This document shows positions 28,034-37,272 of a stretch of DNA of 64,000 nucleotides, one piece after another. The notes below the pieces were generated by a model. It saw nothing but the letters and a program-made list of their open reading frames with translations. It was not told where the DNA came from and searched no databases. Position 1 is the first letter of the stretch, and each line of letters begins with the position of its first letter. Both the position numbers and the translations under genes were made by a program. The DNA lies in the NCBI GenBank assembly GCA_965242525.1, contig OZ251459.1:64001-128000 (forward strand), read 5' to 3'. The stretch comes from an uncultured Candidatus Binatia bacterium. GTDB lineage: Bacteria > Desulfobacterota > Binatia > UBA9968 > JAJDTQ01.

Positions 28034-29424
28034 TTCGAGGCTCCCATCCGTCTTTTCATGGATGCATCGACGATGGCGGCAATCTCACCCATTTCATCTC
28101 CAAAAAAATTCTCTGGCCAATTTTCTATTTTACCCCACTCATTCAGCTTAAGGTCGTTCAATTTGGCTGCGCCACGGCTTGTCTCAACGAAATAGAGCTT
28201 CATATCCGATGAAGGCACTTTCTCTTCGGCTACACGGCGCTGGAAGCGCCGCAGCAAGTGCTCGCTGTGGCTTTCTACGATAATTTGTACCTCACGTTTC
28301 TTGGCAACCTCGATCATCACTTCTGCCAACCCGCTCTGGACGGATGGATGTAGATGGATCTCAGGTTGTTCCATCATCACGATGGAGCCTTCCGGCACGT
28401 AGTACAGGAGTACTAGGACGGGCAGCACTTGGGAGACGCCGAACCCGACATCCGTCAACGTTGTCTCGGGACCACGCGGATCTTTTTTCACGCGGGCTTG
28501 GTAAAGGTTTGTCCCGGATCCGATCTCTTCGATGCGGAACGAATGGATCATGTCTAATTCGTGTAACCAATAGGCGATCATTTCCTGAAACGTCTTGAGC
28601 CTTCCGCGTCCGATGTTTCGCTCCTCTCCTCCCGCGGTAGCCGCGAGAATGGCATCGACAGTGCGTTCGCCGCGTGGCCCCACCCCGTCAGGGCTAGCCC
28701 CGGACCATCGGTACTCGCGTTGCGGATATTCTCGGAGAGGGCCGAGGTAGAATATCTTGTCCATTAGGCCTTCATACTCGTACTCGAACTCGCTAAGAAA
28801 GCTGGTGTTCTGAAAGTACGTCTGGGCTTGGTCCGGAAAGAGGTGGCTCTTGGTCGGGCCGGACAGGGGCCATCCTCGCCCTTGATTACGAACGAAGTTG
28901 AACGGACGCTTACCCTCTGATTTGATCTGGAATTCCTGGGATCCTTTTGTCCTTGTCTCGTCACTGATCTTGGGTTCGATCCCGAACGTAGTTTCCGAGA
29001 AGCCGTATTCCATGCGGCGCGCTGACAGATGTTCGTCTATCAACCCTATCTGGTTCAACCCTACTCGAGTGCTCAACCGCAGGTCGTCTCCTTCGTAGAG
29101 TATGTCCTTGCGACTACCCATGGGATCATGGATCTTGAGAGGCTTCAGCAACTCCCAATTTAACATCCAGCTAATGTCTGTATTCCGGTCGTTTCCATGC
29201 ACGATGGCCTGGTAGTTCCCGAGGTTCACCATCTCGTTGGGTCCGCCGAAATCCAGCACGAGCCTCCGGTCCGTTGCATTCTTGGTTTGTTTGAGCAGTA
29301 GCAGCAACTGGAGGATGCTGCTCTTGCCGGAGCTGTTCTCCCCAAACAGGCCGGTGACCTTGCCGAAATGCATTTGCAGTTCGCGCCAAGCCTTGAAGTT
29401 GGTGACTTGAAGCTCTTTCAACAT
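28030..29424 (-). CDS. ABC/AAA_21-type ATPase with DUF3696-like C-terminus
   Basis: NFKA, GENSSGKSS, YLGPLR, DVGFGVSQVLP, EQPEIHLHP, ESHSEH, WPENFF. Confidence 0.85.
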   Translation of the reverse strand: MLKELQVTNFKAWRELQMHFGKVTGLFGENSSGKSSILQLLLLLKQTKNATDRRLVLDFGGPNEMVNLGNYQAIVHGNDRNTDISWMLNWELLKPLKIHDPMGSRKDILYEGDDLRLSTRVGLNQIGLIDEHLSARRMEYGFSETTFGIEPKISDETRTKGSQEFQIKSEGKRPFNFVRNQGRGWPLSGPTKSHLFPDQAQTYFQNTSFLSEFEYEYEGLMDKIFYLGPLREYPQREYRWSGASPDGVGPRGERTVDAILAATAGGEERNIGRGRLKTFQEMIAYWLHELDMIHSFRIEEIGSGTNLYQARVKKDPRGPETTLTDVGFGVSQVLPVLVLLYYVPEGSIVMMEQPEIHLHPSVQSGLAEVMIEVAKKREVQIIVESHSEHLLRRFQRRVAEEKVPSSDMKLYFVETSRGAAKLNDLKLNEWGKIENWPENFFGDEMGEIAAIVDASMKRRMGASK

Positions 29425-30770
29425 GGGTTGTTCTCCTTCCTTTGGTTTGCATCAAGTTCTCTGACATCCGTAGGTTCCGGGCGTGGGCCGGTGCGATCCT
29501 CCGCTTTCAGCGCGTCCAGCGCTTCCCGGACCAGCTTTCGCCGTAGCGCCTTTTCCTCGTCCGGGGGGAGGCTGGCGTCGCCGGCCACGTGCACGATTCC
29601 GTGGCCCAGGACCACGCGGTTGGAGCCCACCATCCTGGCGATGGGGAGGGCGGAGGTCATCTGCACGACCGGGACGCCGGCTTTTTCGAGTTCGGTGGTG
29701 ATCGCAGCGCCGCTGCGAGTGCTGGTGCCTCACGTGGAGGTGAGGATCACCGCGTCCACGCCTTCGCGCTTCACCTTCTCGGCCATCTCCCGGCCCAGGC
29801 GGCGGGTGTTGGAAAGGGGGTTGGAGAGGCCGGAGGTGGAGAGGAACTCCCCGTGGACCTTGCCCACCGCGCCTTCCTGTTCCAGTTCCCTCAGGGCGTC
29901 CAGGGGCACCAACCGGTCCGGGTCGGCCTGCACGAAGCGCGGGTCGTAGCCGCCGTGGGAGATCTCGTAGTCCTCGCCTCGGAGGTCGTCCGCGCCGGTG
30001 ATGTCGTAGGCGCCCCACCGGGTGGCCGCCATCCCCTCGATGGCGTCCGGGTTGCCTTTGGGGACGAGGCCGCCGTCGGTGATGAGCATCACCGTGGCGC
30101 TGGAAAGGTCTTCTACTCCTCTGGGCTTGGCCACGGGCTCGAAAGAGGTAACGGGCATCTCGGAGTCGAAGGGCCGTCCCTGCACCTTGGCCAGGACCAT
30201 GTCCACCAGCCGCTCGGCCGACGACTTGTCCACGAACTCGTCCCGTATCAACCCTCGGGTGAGGTAGCCTTCTTCCCGCGGCGCTCCGATGGGCTCCCCG
30301 GCCGCGAGCTTTCGCGCCAGCCGGGCCATGCGCTGCACGACCTCCTTCATGCCGGCCGCGTTCCGGCCGGAATCGACGATGTAGAGGCCCTCCCGGTAGA
30401 GGTCCACTCCCGGGTTCTCCTCGTGCATGGCCGTGAGCGCGGGGATACCGAGTTGCGTCTGCACCGCGCTGCACAGGGCCCCTGCGGCCATGCCGTAGCG
30501 GCCGGCGTCGAAGCACGGGCCGGCCACGAACAGGTCTGCCCGGGAGTTGCGGACGTGCTCCAGCACCGCGGCGATGAGCTCCTCCTGGCGCTCCACCGCG
30601 TAGTTGTCGCCGCAGACCAGGGTCTTGACCACCGCGGCCCCGTCCCCGATTGTCTGCTGTAGCAGGCGGCCGGGACCCAGGGCTTCGTCCGCGGCCCGAA
30701 GAGGGCTTCCCGCATGCTCCTCGCCGCCCATCCCGCCGAAGAACTGGTTGAGGTAGTGGACGATCCTCAT
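29418..30770 (-). CDS. grdB: Glycine/sarcosine/betaine reductase selenoprotein B (UGA at 29730-29732 read as Sec)
   Basis: MRIVHYLNQFFGG, AGPCFDAGRYG, HGGYD, DPDRLVPLD, LTST-UGA-GTSTRSGA; the frame continues to the stop at 29418, joining two ORF-track entries. Confidence 0.88.
29702..29718 (-). promoter_or_regulatory. Putative bacterial SECIS hairpin
   Basis: UCGCAGC-GGC-GCUGCGA stem-loop starts 11 nt after the in-frame UGA and has G in the apical loop. Confidence 0.7.
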
Positions 30771-30838
30771 GGCTTCCGACCCCTTTCCCGGCTCGTGCGC
30801 AGACTCAGCCGGTCAGGACAGGCCTGCCGATGCCGCAT

Positions 30839-30888
30839 GGATTCCCGCCCCCGCTTCCGCGAGGACATGCTTTCGCGGGAATGACGGA
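30839..30888. repeat. Interrupted family B REP-like palindrome
   Basis: GGATTCCCGC...[insert]...GCTTTCGCGGGAATGACGG matches the arms at 48625-48772. Confidence 0.6.
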
Positions 30889-30994
30889 GAGCTGAATGAC
30901 GGAGAACCTTCTTCATCGTCGTTCCGGACTTGAGCCGGGGTTCCCTGCTCGGACAGGCCCCAACCCGTGCGCCGGGGCGAAGCCGAACCGGCTC

Positions 30995-32275
30995 CTAATA
31001 GACCACCGCCCGCAGCCGGGACGCGCCCTGCTGGTTGGCGACGCCCGCCACGTTCATGGCGCTCAGTTCCCGCGTCCCGGCAAGGAGTTCGCCCATGGCG
31101 GACGTAGCTGCGACCACCCGCGGGGCCGGCGCCGCTTGCCACCGGGTGTCGTTGCCGCCGCCATAGACGATGGCGTTCACCTCGGGAAAATTGAACAGCA
31201 GCGCGGACTCCACCCGGCGGTCCCGCGACACGTCCGAGACCATGACCGCGGTGCGGACGCCCTGGGTCTCCAGCAGCCGGGCGGTCTCCGCCAAGTCCGC
31301 GTGGGGCACGCCCCCGCCGTACTTGGTGAGCACCGCGGCGTCCGCGCGCAACGCCCACTGGACCATGCTGGCCGCGGCGCGGCAGTTCCGGTCCCGGTCG
31401 GCGTTGTCCGCCCCGGCAATGGTGGCCACCGTGCCGACGAAATCCAGCTCGCCCGCCTGATGCCGGCGGTAGAGCTCGGTGACGACGGGATGGTTCTGGT
31501 AGCCGTAGGTCTCGGCGCCGCCCATGGATGTGTAGTACGAGGTCACCAGCGCGCCGTCGAGCCACTCGTCCGGATGCAGCAGGACCGGCAGCATGCCGGT
31601 GGTGTTCAGCCCGTAGAGCACCGGCTCGTCCAACTCCGCCTGCCGTTGGCGGGAGAAGACCTGCCCCACGTAAGCCACCCGGGGCAGGCCCGGGCGACCG
31701 GGCGGGCCGGGGCCGACGGTCTCGAAGGCGCGGCTTTCCGCGGGCGCGTGCGGGAACGCGGCCCGGGCCACGTGGACCGCGGTCTTGAGTCCGGCCACGC
31801 GCTTGGCCTTCCGGGCCGTGGATGCCCCCTTGCCCGGCGCCGTGTGGGGGATGACCACCAGGTGGTGCAGTTTCGAGTAGCACGAGCCCTCGGCCGCGGG
31901 TCCCGTCATCTCCAGGACCCGGCCGATGGAGCCTCTGGAGCCGCCGCCGGCGTGCTCGTCGAGGACCGTGACCGCCATGCCCTCCAGCACGTGGGTGGCG
32001 CCCATGCCCGCGGTCAGGGGCGGTCCCAGGATGCCCGGGAAGTCGGGGCCGGAGTCGGAGGCCTTGGCCCGGGGTTCGATGATGTCGAAGACCGGTCCCG
32101 CCCGGCAGGGCTCCCCCGGCGCCGCGTGCTCGAAGTCGACGCCTTCCAGCGTCTCGTCTTCGAGCAGGAGATCGCGAAGCTCGTCCGTGTCGATCTCGAT
32201 TGTAGTTCCGTCGAGTCGGGTCGAAGCGCCGAAGCGAAGGGTCCGCACCGGGTGGCGCGCCAGCGTCAGGTTCAC
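30995..32275 (-). CDS. grdE: Glycine/sarcosine/betaine reductase component B alpha/beta proprotein
   Basis: PGEPCRAGPVFDIIEPRAK, DFPG, GATHVLEG, LHPDEWLDGA, TYGYQNHPVV, TKYGGGVPHAD; directly upstream of grdB. Confidence 0.8.
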   Translation of the reverse strand: MNLTLARHPVRTLRFGASTRLDGTTIEIDTDELRDLLLEDETLEGVDFEHAAPGEPCRAGPVFDIIEPRAKASDSGPDFPGILGPPLTAGMGATHVLEGMAVTVLDEHAGGGSRGSIGRVLEMTGPAAEGSCYSKLHHLVVIPHTAPGKGASTARKAKRVAGLKTAVHVARAAFPHAPAESRAFETVGPGPPGRPGLPRVAYVGQVFSRQRQAELDEPVLYGLNTTGMLPVLLHPDEWLDGALVTSYYTSMGGAETYGYQNHPVVTELYRRHQAGELDFVGTVATIAGADNADRDRNCRAAASMVQWALRADAAVLTKYGGGVPHADLAETARLLETQGVRTAVMVSDVSRDRRVESALLFNFPEVNAIVYGGGNDTRWQAAPAPRVVAATSAMGELLAGTRELSAMNVAGVANQQGASRLRAVVY

Positions 32276-32601
32276 GCGGTGACCTCCAGGGTCCGGGTTC
32301 GGCGCCGGTGGCCGGTGCGGGTCTGCTTCGCCGTCGCCAACCCTGCCCCGACGAACCGCGGCGCGGTTCCGTGCGCCTGCTCGGACAGGCTCTCAGGATT
32401 CCACATTCCCGCGGCAATGGCAAAGACGCCGGCTGCGCTGTTGCAGCGCCGCATGGATGACGGCCGGCCTGAGGGCTTGCGCTGCCGGGCCGCCGCCGGC
32501 AGGGGCGGCAGCCTGTCGCGGGTGGACCCGGCCGCACGGACAGGGGGACCGACGGCGAACGCAACCAGGGACGCCGCGGGCTGCGCATCGGGCGCCGCCC
32601 C

Positions 32602-34104
32602 TCATGCGCCGGCGCGTTCGGTCCCGGCGTAGGCGGCCGCGGCCGAGCCGTACTCCGCGGCGTGGACTCCGTAGTCCGTGAAGTCGCCATCGAAGCACTG
32701 GAGCGCCCACCGGGCGGCCTCCCGGTATTCCGGGCTTGCGGTCAGGCGGTGCAGCTTCAGGAAGAAGAGCGCCGCGGCGCCGTTCTCCGTGACGAGGGTG
32801 AGCGGAAAGCGAAGGTAGGCGGGACCCTTCTCGGCGATGTCGAAGAAACCCCCTGCCGGGTTCCGCAGGCGGGTGCGGACGAAACCCGCCAGCGCCCGGG
32901 CGCGCTCCAGGAACAGCCGTTCGCCGGTCGCTTCGAAGCCGTCCGCCAGGGCGCGTCCCATGAGCGTCTGGTCCGTGAGCAGGCCCCACAGCCGGGGCGC
33001 GTGGTCGAAGTAGTGCGCCATGCCCCGGGACGGGTCCCAGCAGCGTTCCAGCAGGAACTCCAGGGTCTCCAGGGCGCGCTGCTCGCAGTCCTTGCGTCCC
33101 AGGACCGCGGCCGCCTTCAGGCAGGCGGACACGGCTCGGGCGTTGGCGTCGGTGTACATCCACGGATCGGTGATGGAGAACATGGCCCTTCGAGGGTGCA
33201 GGGTAGATCCTTGCGGGGTCTCCCGGCCGGGGAAGACGCGGATGTAGTCGCGGCAGCCGTGGAAGAACGGCCGGACCGGGTCCCGGAACCCCCGGACCAT
33301 GTAGTCCACGACCTCCTCGGCGAGCTCCCGGAAGAAGGGTTCCCGGGTCAGCTCGAACATGTGGAGGGCGTTGCCCAACAGCCCGGCGTGGTCGGACAGC
33401 AGCTTCTCGTGGTGGGGTTCGCTCCAGTCCCGTTTCGACGAGTAGCGAAAGAACCCGCCTTCCGGGTCGTGGGTGCGGCTTTGGCGCATGGCGTAGAGGG
33501 TCCGCCGCACGTGGTTGAGGCAGCGCGCGTCGCCGGTGGCCTCGTAACGCCCCAACAGGAACTCGTTGGCCTCGCAGTGGGGGAACTTGCGGTCGGTTCC
33601 GTAACCCCCGTACACGGGGTCGGCGAGTTCCCATACCGCCTCCGCGACCGCGGCGGCCGCGTCCGGGCGCACGCGGCCCTCGCTTGGCGCCGGGGGCGGA
33701 TCCGGCGGCGGGGGCGCGGTCTCGCGCTCCCGGCAGCCCACGTGGACCCGCACCAGCACGTCGCCGAAGTCCCGGGACGACAGGTAGTTGACGCTGGCCA
33801 CGTAGTCCCCGTCCGCGCGCAGGAACACGATGGTGGGCCAGCCGTTGCGGTTGTAACGCGCGTCGATGTCCGGCCGCTGGGCGTCCTCCACCCGAACGGG
33901 CACGAAATAGGCGTTCAGGAGCGCGATGACCTCGGTGTCCGAGAAGGTGGTCTCGTCCATGCGCTGGCACACGCCGCACCAGAAGGCGCCCAGGTACAGC
34001 ATCACCGGTTTCCCCTCGGTGCGGGCGCGCTCGAAAGCGTCCGCGCCCCAGTCGGTCCAGTGGATCCGGTGGGCACTGTTGGGGTTGGGGGAGAAGCGGA
34101 ACAT
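32602..34104 (-). CDS. DUF255/YyaL thioredoxin-domain protein
   Basis: IHWTDWG, WCGVCQRMDETTF, QRPDID, GWPT, GGFFRYS, PHHEKLL. Start trimmed to ATG 34104. Confidence 0.85.
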   Translation of the reverse strand: MFRFSPNPNSAHRIHWTDWGADAFERARTEGKPVMLYLGAFWCGVCQRMDETTFSDTEVIALLNAYFVPVRVEDAQRPDIDARYNRNGWPTIVFLRADGDYVASVNYLSSRDFGDVLVRVHVGCRERETAPPPPDPPPAPSEGRVRPDAAAAVAEAVWELADPVYGGYGTDRKFPHCEANEFLLGRYEATGDARCLNHVRRTLYAMRQSRTHDPEGGFFRYSSKRDWSEPHHEKLLSDHAGLLGNALHMFELTREPFFRELAEEVVDYMVRGFRDPVRPFFHGCRDYIRVFPGRETPQGSTLHPRRAMFSITDPWMYTDANARAVSACLKAAAVLGRKDCEQRALETLEFLLERCWDPSRGMAHYFDHAPRLWGLLTDQTLMGRALADGFEATGERLFLERARALAGFVRTRLRNPAGGFFDIAEKGPAYLRFPLTLVTENGAAALFFLKLHRLTASPEYREAARWALQCFDGDFTDYGVHAAEYGSAAAAYAGTERAGA

Positions 34105-34237
34105 GGCGCGGGGCTCCCGGACGGGCCGGAGGGCCGAACCATGATGGAAGCGCTTGCGCCAAGCGGCGGGCGAGGGCGGGGTGAAGCTCCCCGAGGACGG
34201 CCGCGGCAGCAACCTCGCAACGCCTAGCCGGCCCCGG

Positions 34238-34957
34238 TCACGCCTCCGCCGGGCGCTCGGCCCGCCATGCGTGCAGGTAGTTCACGATCTCGTCCAGCGG
34301 CAGCACGTCGGCGTACTTCTGGTTCATGTCGAACAGGTTGACGGCGTGGCACGCTTCGTGCCGGTCGAACACGCACTCCTCGGCCACCACCATGCGGAAC
34401 CGGTAGGTGCAGCCGTCCACCACGCTCGCCCGGACGCAGCCGCTGGTGCTCTCGCCGCAGGCGATGACGGTGTCGATGCCGTGCTGGTTCAGGTGGGCCA
34501 CCAGGGGCGTGCCCCAGAAGGCGCTGGGCGAGAGCTTGCGCAGCACCGCCTCTCCGGGAAGCGGCTGCACTTCGTCGATGATGTCGAACTTGCGCCGGCG
34601 CCTTTCCATGGCTTCGGGGGACGGGTTCCCCGCGTTGCCGTCGCGCCGGAACGACCATTCGTCCACCCCGGCTTCGGGCAGGCCCGATATGTGGATGACG
34701 GGGATGCCTGCCTCGCGCGCCGTCCGCAACAGCCTCTGGATGTGGGGGACGGCGTTCCAGCCGGCCATGCCGCAGCTCCCCGGCCACTCGCTGATGGCCT
34801 CCAGCACCTGCTCCGGCCTGTCGCCGAAGACCCACCTGTACAGGTCGATGAGGAGCAGGGCGGGCTTCTTGCCGAACCCGATGGGCCGGGGCGGCTTCAT
34901 GGCCACGTGCGCCTTGTCCTGTTCCGTCAGAAAACGATCCCATACGCGTTCGCTCAT
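34238..34957 (-). CDS. Isochorismatase-family cysteine amidohydrolase
   Basis: PALLLID, KLSPSAFWGT, GESTSGCVRASVVD, DMNQKYADV. Confidence 0.9.
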   Translation of the reverse strand: MSERVWDRFLTEQDKAHVAMKPPRPIGFGKKPALLLIDLYRWVFGDRPEQVLEAISEWPGSCGMAGWNAVPHIQRLLRTAREAGIPVIHISGLPEAGVDEWSFRRDGNAGNPSPEAMERRRRKFDIIDEVQPLPGEAVLRKLSPSAFWGTPLVAHLNQHGIDTVIACGESTSGCVRASVVDGCTYRFRMVVAEECVFDRHEACHAVNLFDMNQKYADVLPLDEIVNYLHAWRAERPAEA

Positions 34958-34988
34958 GATCGACTCCTTCTCCGGCCTGTGGTTCTCC

Positions 34989-35144
34989 GCGTCCTTCGAC
35001 TCCGCTTCGCTACGCTCAGGACGAACGGGGTTGGTTGCTTCGCCATAACGGGGTTTGGTTGGTTGCTTTGCTATGCTTCCTTCGGCTCTGCTCCGCTATG
35101 CTTCCTTCGGCTCTGCTCCGCTACGCTTCCTTGGGATCTGCTCC
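34989..35144 (-). repeat. Family A REP-like core (copy 2) plus adjacent tandem duplications
   Basis: Reverse core at 34989-35028 (1 mismatch), a duplicated AACGGGGTT(T)GGTTG segment, then three 25-bp units GCTATGCTTCCTTCGGCTCTGCTCC at 35070, 35095 and 35120. Confidence 0.85.
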
Positions 35145-35424
35145 GCGGCGTTCCTCCCGAGTTCGCCGCCGCCTGCCGTTGCCCGTGTGGCTCCTGAATA
35201 CTACCGCCGGCCCGTGACTGCAAGACGCTTCCGCGGAGGACCGCGGCGCCGATGGCCGGACCGACGGCTTCATCGAGACGCCGGACGCTTCCGCGGAGCA
35301 CTCCCCGGCTTCGGTCCCGATCGGCGGTCCGCACCGGGTCTCGGGGGGCGGTCCACCCGCGGCCGTTGCCGTGCGGAGGACGCGGCCCTTGTGACGATGG
35401 AGCTACGATACTATCCTCCGGGTC

Positions 35425-36666
35425 GTGGTCATGCGGTTCCAACGATCCTTCCTCGAACCATGGGCCGGGCTGTGCGCCGTCCTGGCGCTCGTGTCGTTCC
35501 ATTTCTCGGCCGCGCTTGCGGCCGCGGCCGAGCCTCCGTTGCAAACGCTGGCCCGGACCGAGGTCGGCGCCGACCACGGAGTCTTCGTGCAGGCGGAGGA
35601 CGGCACGGTCCTGGCGTCGCTGAACGCGGAGCGTCCGTACCACCCCGCCTCGGTCACGAAGGTTGCGACCACGCTGGCGTTCCTTTCCACGCTTCGCCCG
35701 GACCAGCGCTTTCGGACCAAGGTCCTCGCCGCGGGTCCGACCGCCGAGGGGAGTCTGCGCGGGGACCTCATCGTCCAGGGACAGGGTGATCCGTACTTCC
35801 TGTTCGAGAACGCGTTCCTGGTCCTGTTGCGGCTGCGGTCCGGGGGAATCCTGCGTGTGGACGGCGCGGTCCGGGTCGAAGGCTCCTTCTTCCTCGACTG
35901 GACTCCCGACCCCGAGGGGCGAAGGCTCCAACGCGCCTGGACGGGCCGCGAAGGCGCGTCGCGCTGGCCGGTGGTGACCGGGGCCCTCTTCCCCGGCGCG
36001 CACATGCCGCTGGAGGACCATGCGCTCCGGTTCACGCGCGTCGGGGCGCGGAACCACGGCGCCCGGCGTTTGCTGACGACGCACGCCTCCCCGCCGCTGG
36101 TCCGCCACCTCAAGGACTTCAACAGCTACTCCAACGACATCTTCCACGAGTTCTCGTACCGCATCGGCGGCCCCGAAGCGGTCCAGCGCATCCTTCGGTC
36201 GAAGGTCCGCGGCGTGCCCCGATCGTCCCTGGTCATCGACAACGCCGCGGGCGACGGCCGCACCAACCGGATGAGTCCGCGGGCGGCCGCGGCCTTGGTG
36301 CAAGCCCTGGGAAGGACCCTCCACGGCCGCGGCCTGTCGTTCTCCGACGTGCTCCCCGTGGCCGGCGTGGACCCCGGGACGTTGCAGGACCGGTTGGCGG
36401 CGCGCCGCTACCGCGGCGCGGTGGCGGGCAAGAGCGGCACGGTGCGGGTGCTTCGCATATCGACCCTGGCCGGGGTCGCCCATACCCGGAAGTACGGCCG
36501 GGCGTTCTTCGCGGTCATGAGCCGGGGCGTGCCGTTGTGGCAGGCGAGACTGCGCCAGAACGCCTTCCTCCGCGGCCTCCTGGACCAAGCCGGGGCGCGC
36601 CCCCTGCGGACGGGCCCTCCGCGCCCCCCCGCCTTCACGGAGGCGCGGCTGGAAGCGCCCCGGTAG
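35425..36666 (+). CDS. dacB: D-Ala-D-Ala carboxypeptidase/endopeptidase (peptidase S13, PBP4)
   Basis: Signal peptide; PASVTK (SxxK), GQGDP, GVDPGTL, GKSGT. Confidence 0.8.
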   Translation: MVMRFQRSFLEPWAGLCAVLALVSFHFSAALAAAAEPPLQTLARTEVGADHGVFVQAEDGTVLASLNAERPYHPASVTKVATTLAFLSTLRPDQRFRTKVLAAGPTAEGSLRGDLIVQGQGDPYFLFENAFLVLLRLRSGGILRVDGAVRVEGSFFLDWTPDPEGRRLQRAWTGREGASRWPVVTGALFPGAHMPLEDHALRFTRVGARNHGARRLLTTHASPPLVRHLKDFNSYSNDIFHEFSYRIGGPEAVQRILRSKVRGVPRSSLVIDNAAGDGRTNRMSPRAAAALVQALGRTLHGRGLSFSDVLPVAGVDPGTLQDRLAARRYRGAVAGKSGTVRVLRISTLAGVAHTRKYGRAFFAVMSRGVPLWQARLRQNAFLRGLLDQAGARPLRTGPPRPPAFTEARLEAPR

Positions 36667-36711
36667 CGTCCCGTACCGGGGGAATCAAGGGAACCGGGCC
36701 GGCGCCGGCCG

Positions 36712-37017
36712 CTACTGACGCGGCGCGGTCCTTTCGATGACGGTCTCCATGCTCTTGACGGCGGCGCGCGAGATTTCGGCCTGCGTCTCCATTCCCTTGA
36801 CGGCGGCGCGCGAAGTTTCGGCCTGCTGGTCGAGTGCGCGCATGGCTTCCGCGTGCCTGGCGTCTTCCCTTCGGGCGCGTTCCGTGGTGGCCTTGTCCAT
36901 CTGCCGGAGACCCCGGAGGATGGCTATCAGGGACCCCACCGCGGCGAAGACGACGACCCCCCGGAGAAAGAGGCTTGCGATTGCGAGTTCCAGTTCGTAT
37001 CCGGTCATGGCCTTCAT
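36712..37017 (-). CDS. Small membrane-anchored coiled-coil protein with a 14-aa internal duplication
   Basis: AGGAGG RBS; one TM helix; 42-bp tandem duplication at 36743-36826. Confidence 0.6.
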   Translation of the reverse strand: MKAMTGYELELAIASLFLRGVVVFAAVGSLIAILRGLRQMDKATTERARREDARHAEAMRALDQQAETSRAAVKGMETQAEISRAAVKSMETVIERTAPRQ

Positions 37018-37029
37018 CCCTCCTGCGAT

Positions 37030-37047
37030 TGATAACGTCCGTTATCA
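37030..37047. promoter_or_regulatory. Perfect 8-2-8 palindrome (candidate operator)
   Basis: TGATAACG-TC-CGTTATCA, just upstream of the RBS of the 37017 gene. Confidence 0.5.
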
Positions 37048-37272
37048 CGCAGAAGCGGCGCAGGCAGTCCGTGTCAGGGACCCATCCCGGTGGGCAGGAT
37101 GCCCGTGGGGGCCGTACCATCCACTTCGTCCTTCCGCAAACCTACCCGTGTGCAGCGTCCGGGTCAATGGCGGACGGCGTCGGTCCGTTCTTGCTTCGAC
37201 CGCATACTCGGGGTATCTGTGGGAGCGCACGGGATCGACTCGTGACGGTTCGCGGAAAGGAGGCGCTCGTCG

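Noticed and set aside
29730-29732. grdB as a nonsense pseudogene or two separate genes
   Set aside because: The UGA is at the known Sec position, is followed by a SECIS-like hairpin, and the frame continues.
32272-32601. Short ORF or ncRNA between the YyaL-like gene and grdE
   Set aside because: No coding or RNA-family signature; only a small GCCTG-CTCGGA-CAGGC hairpin partly shared with the region near 30945.
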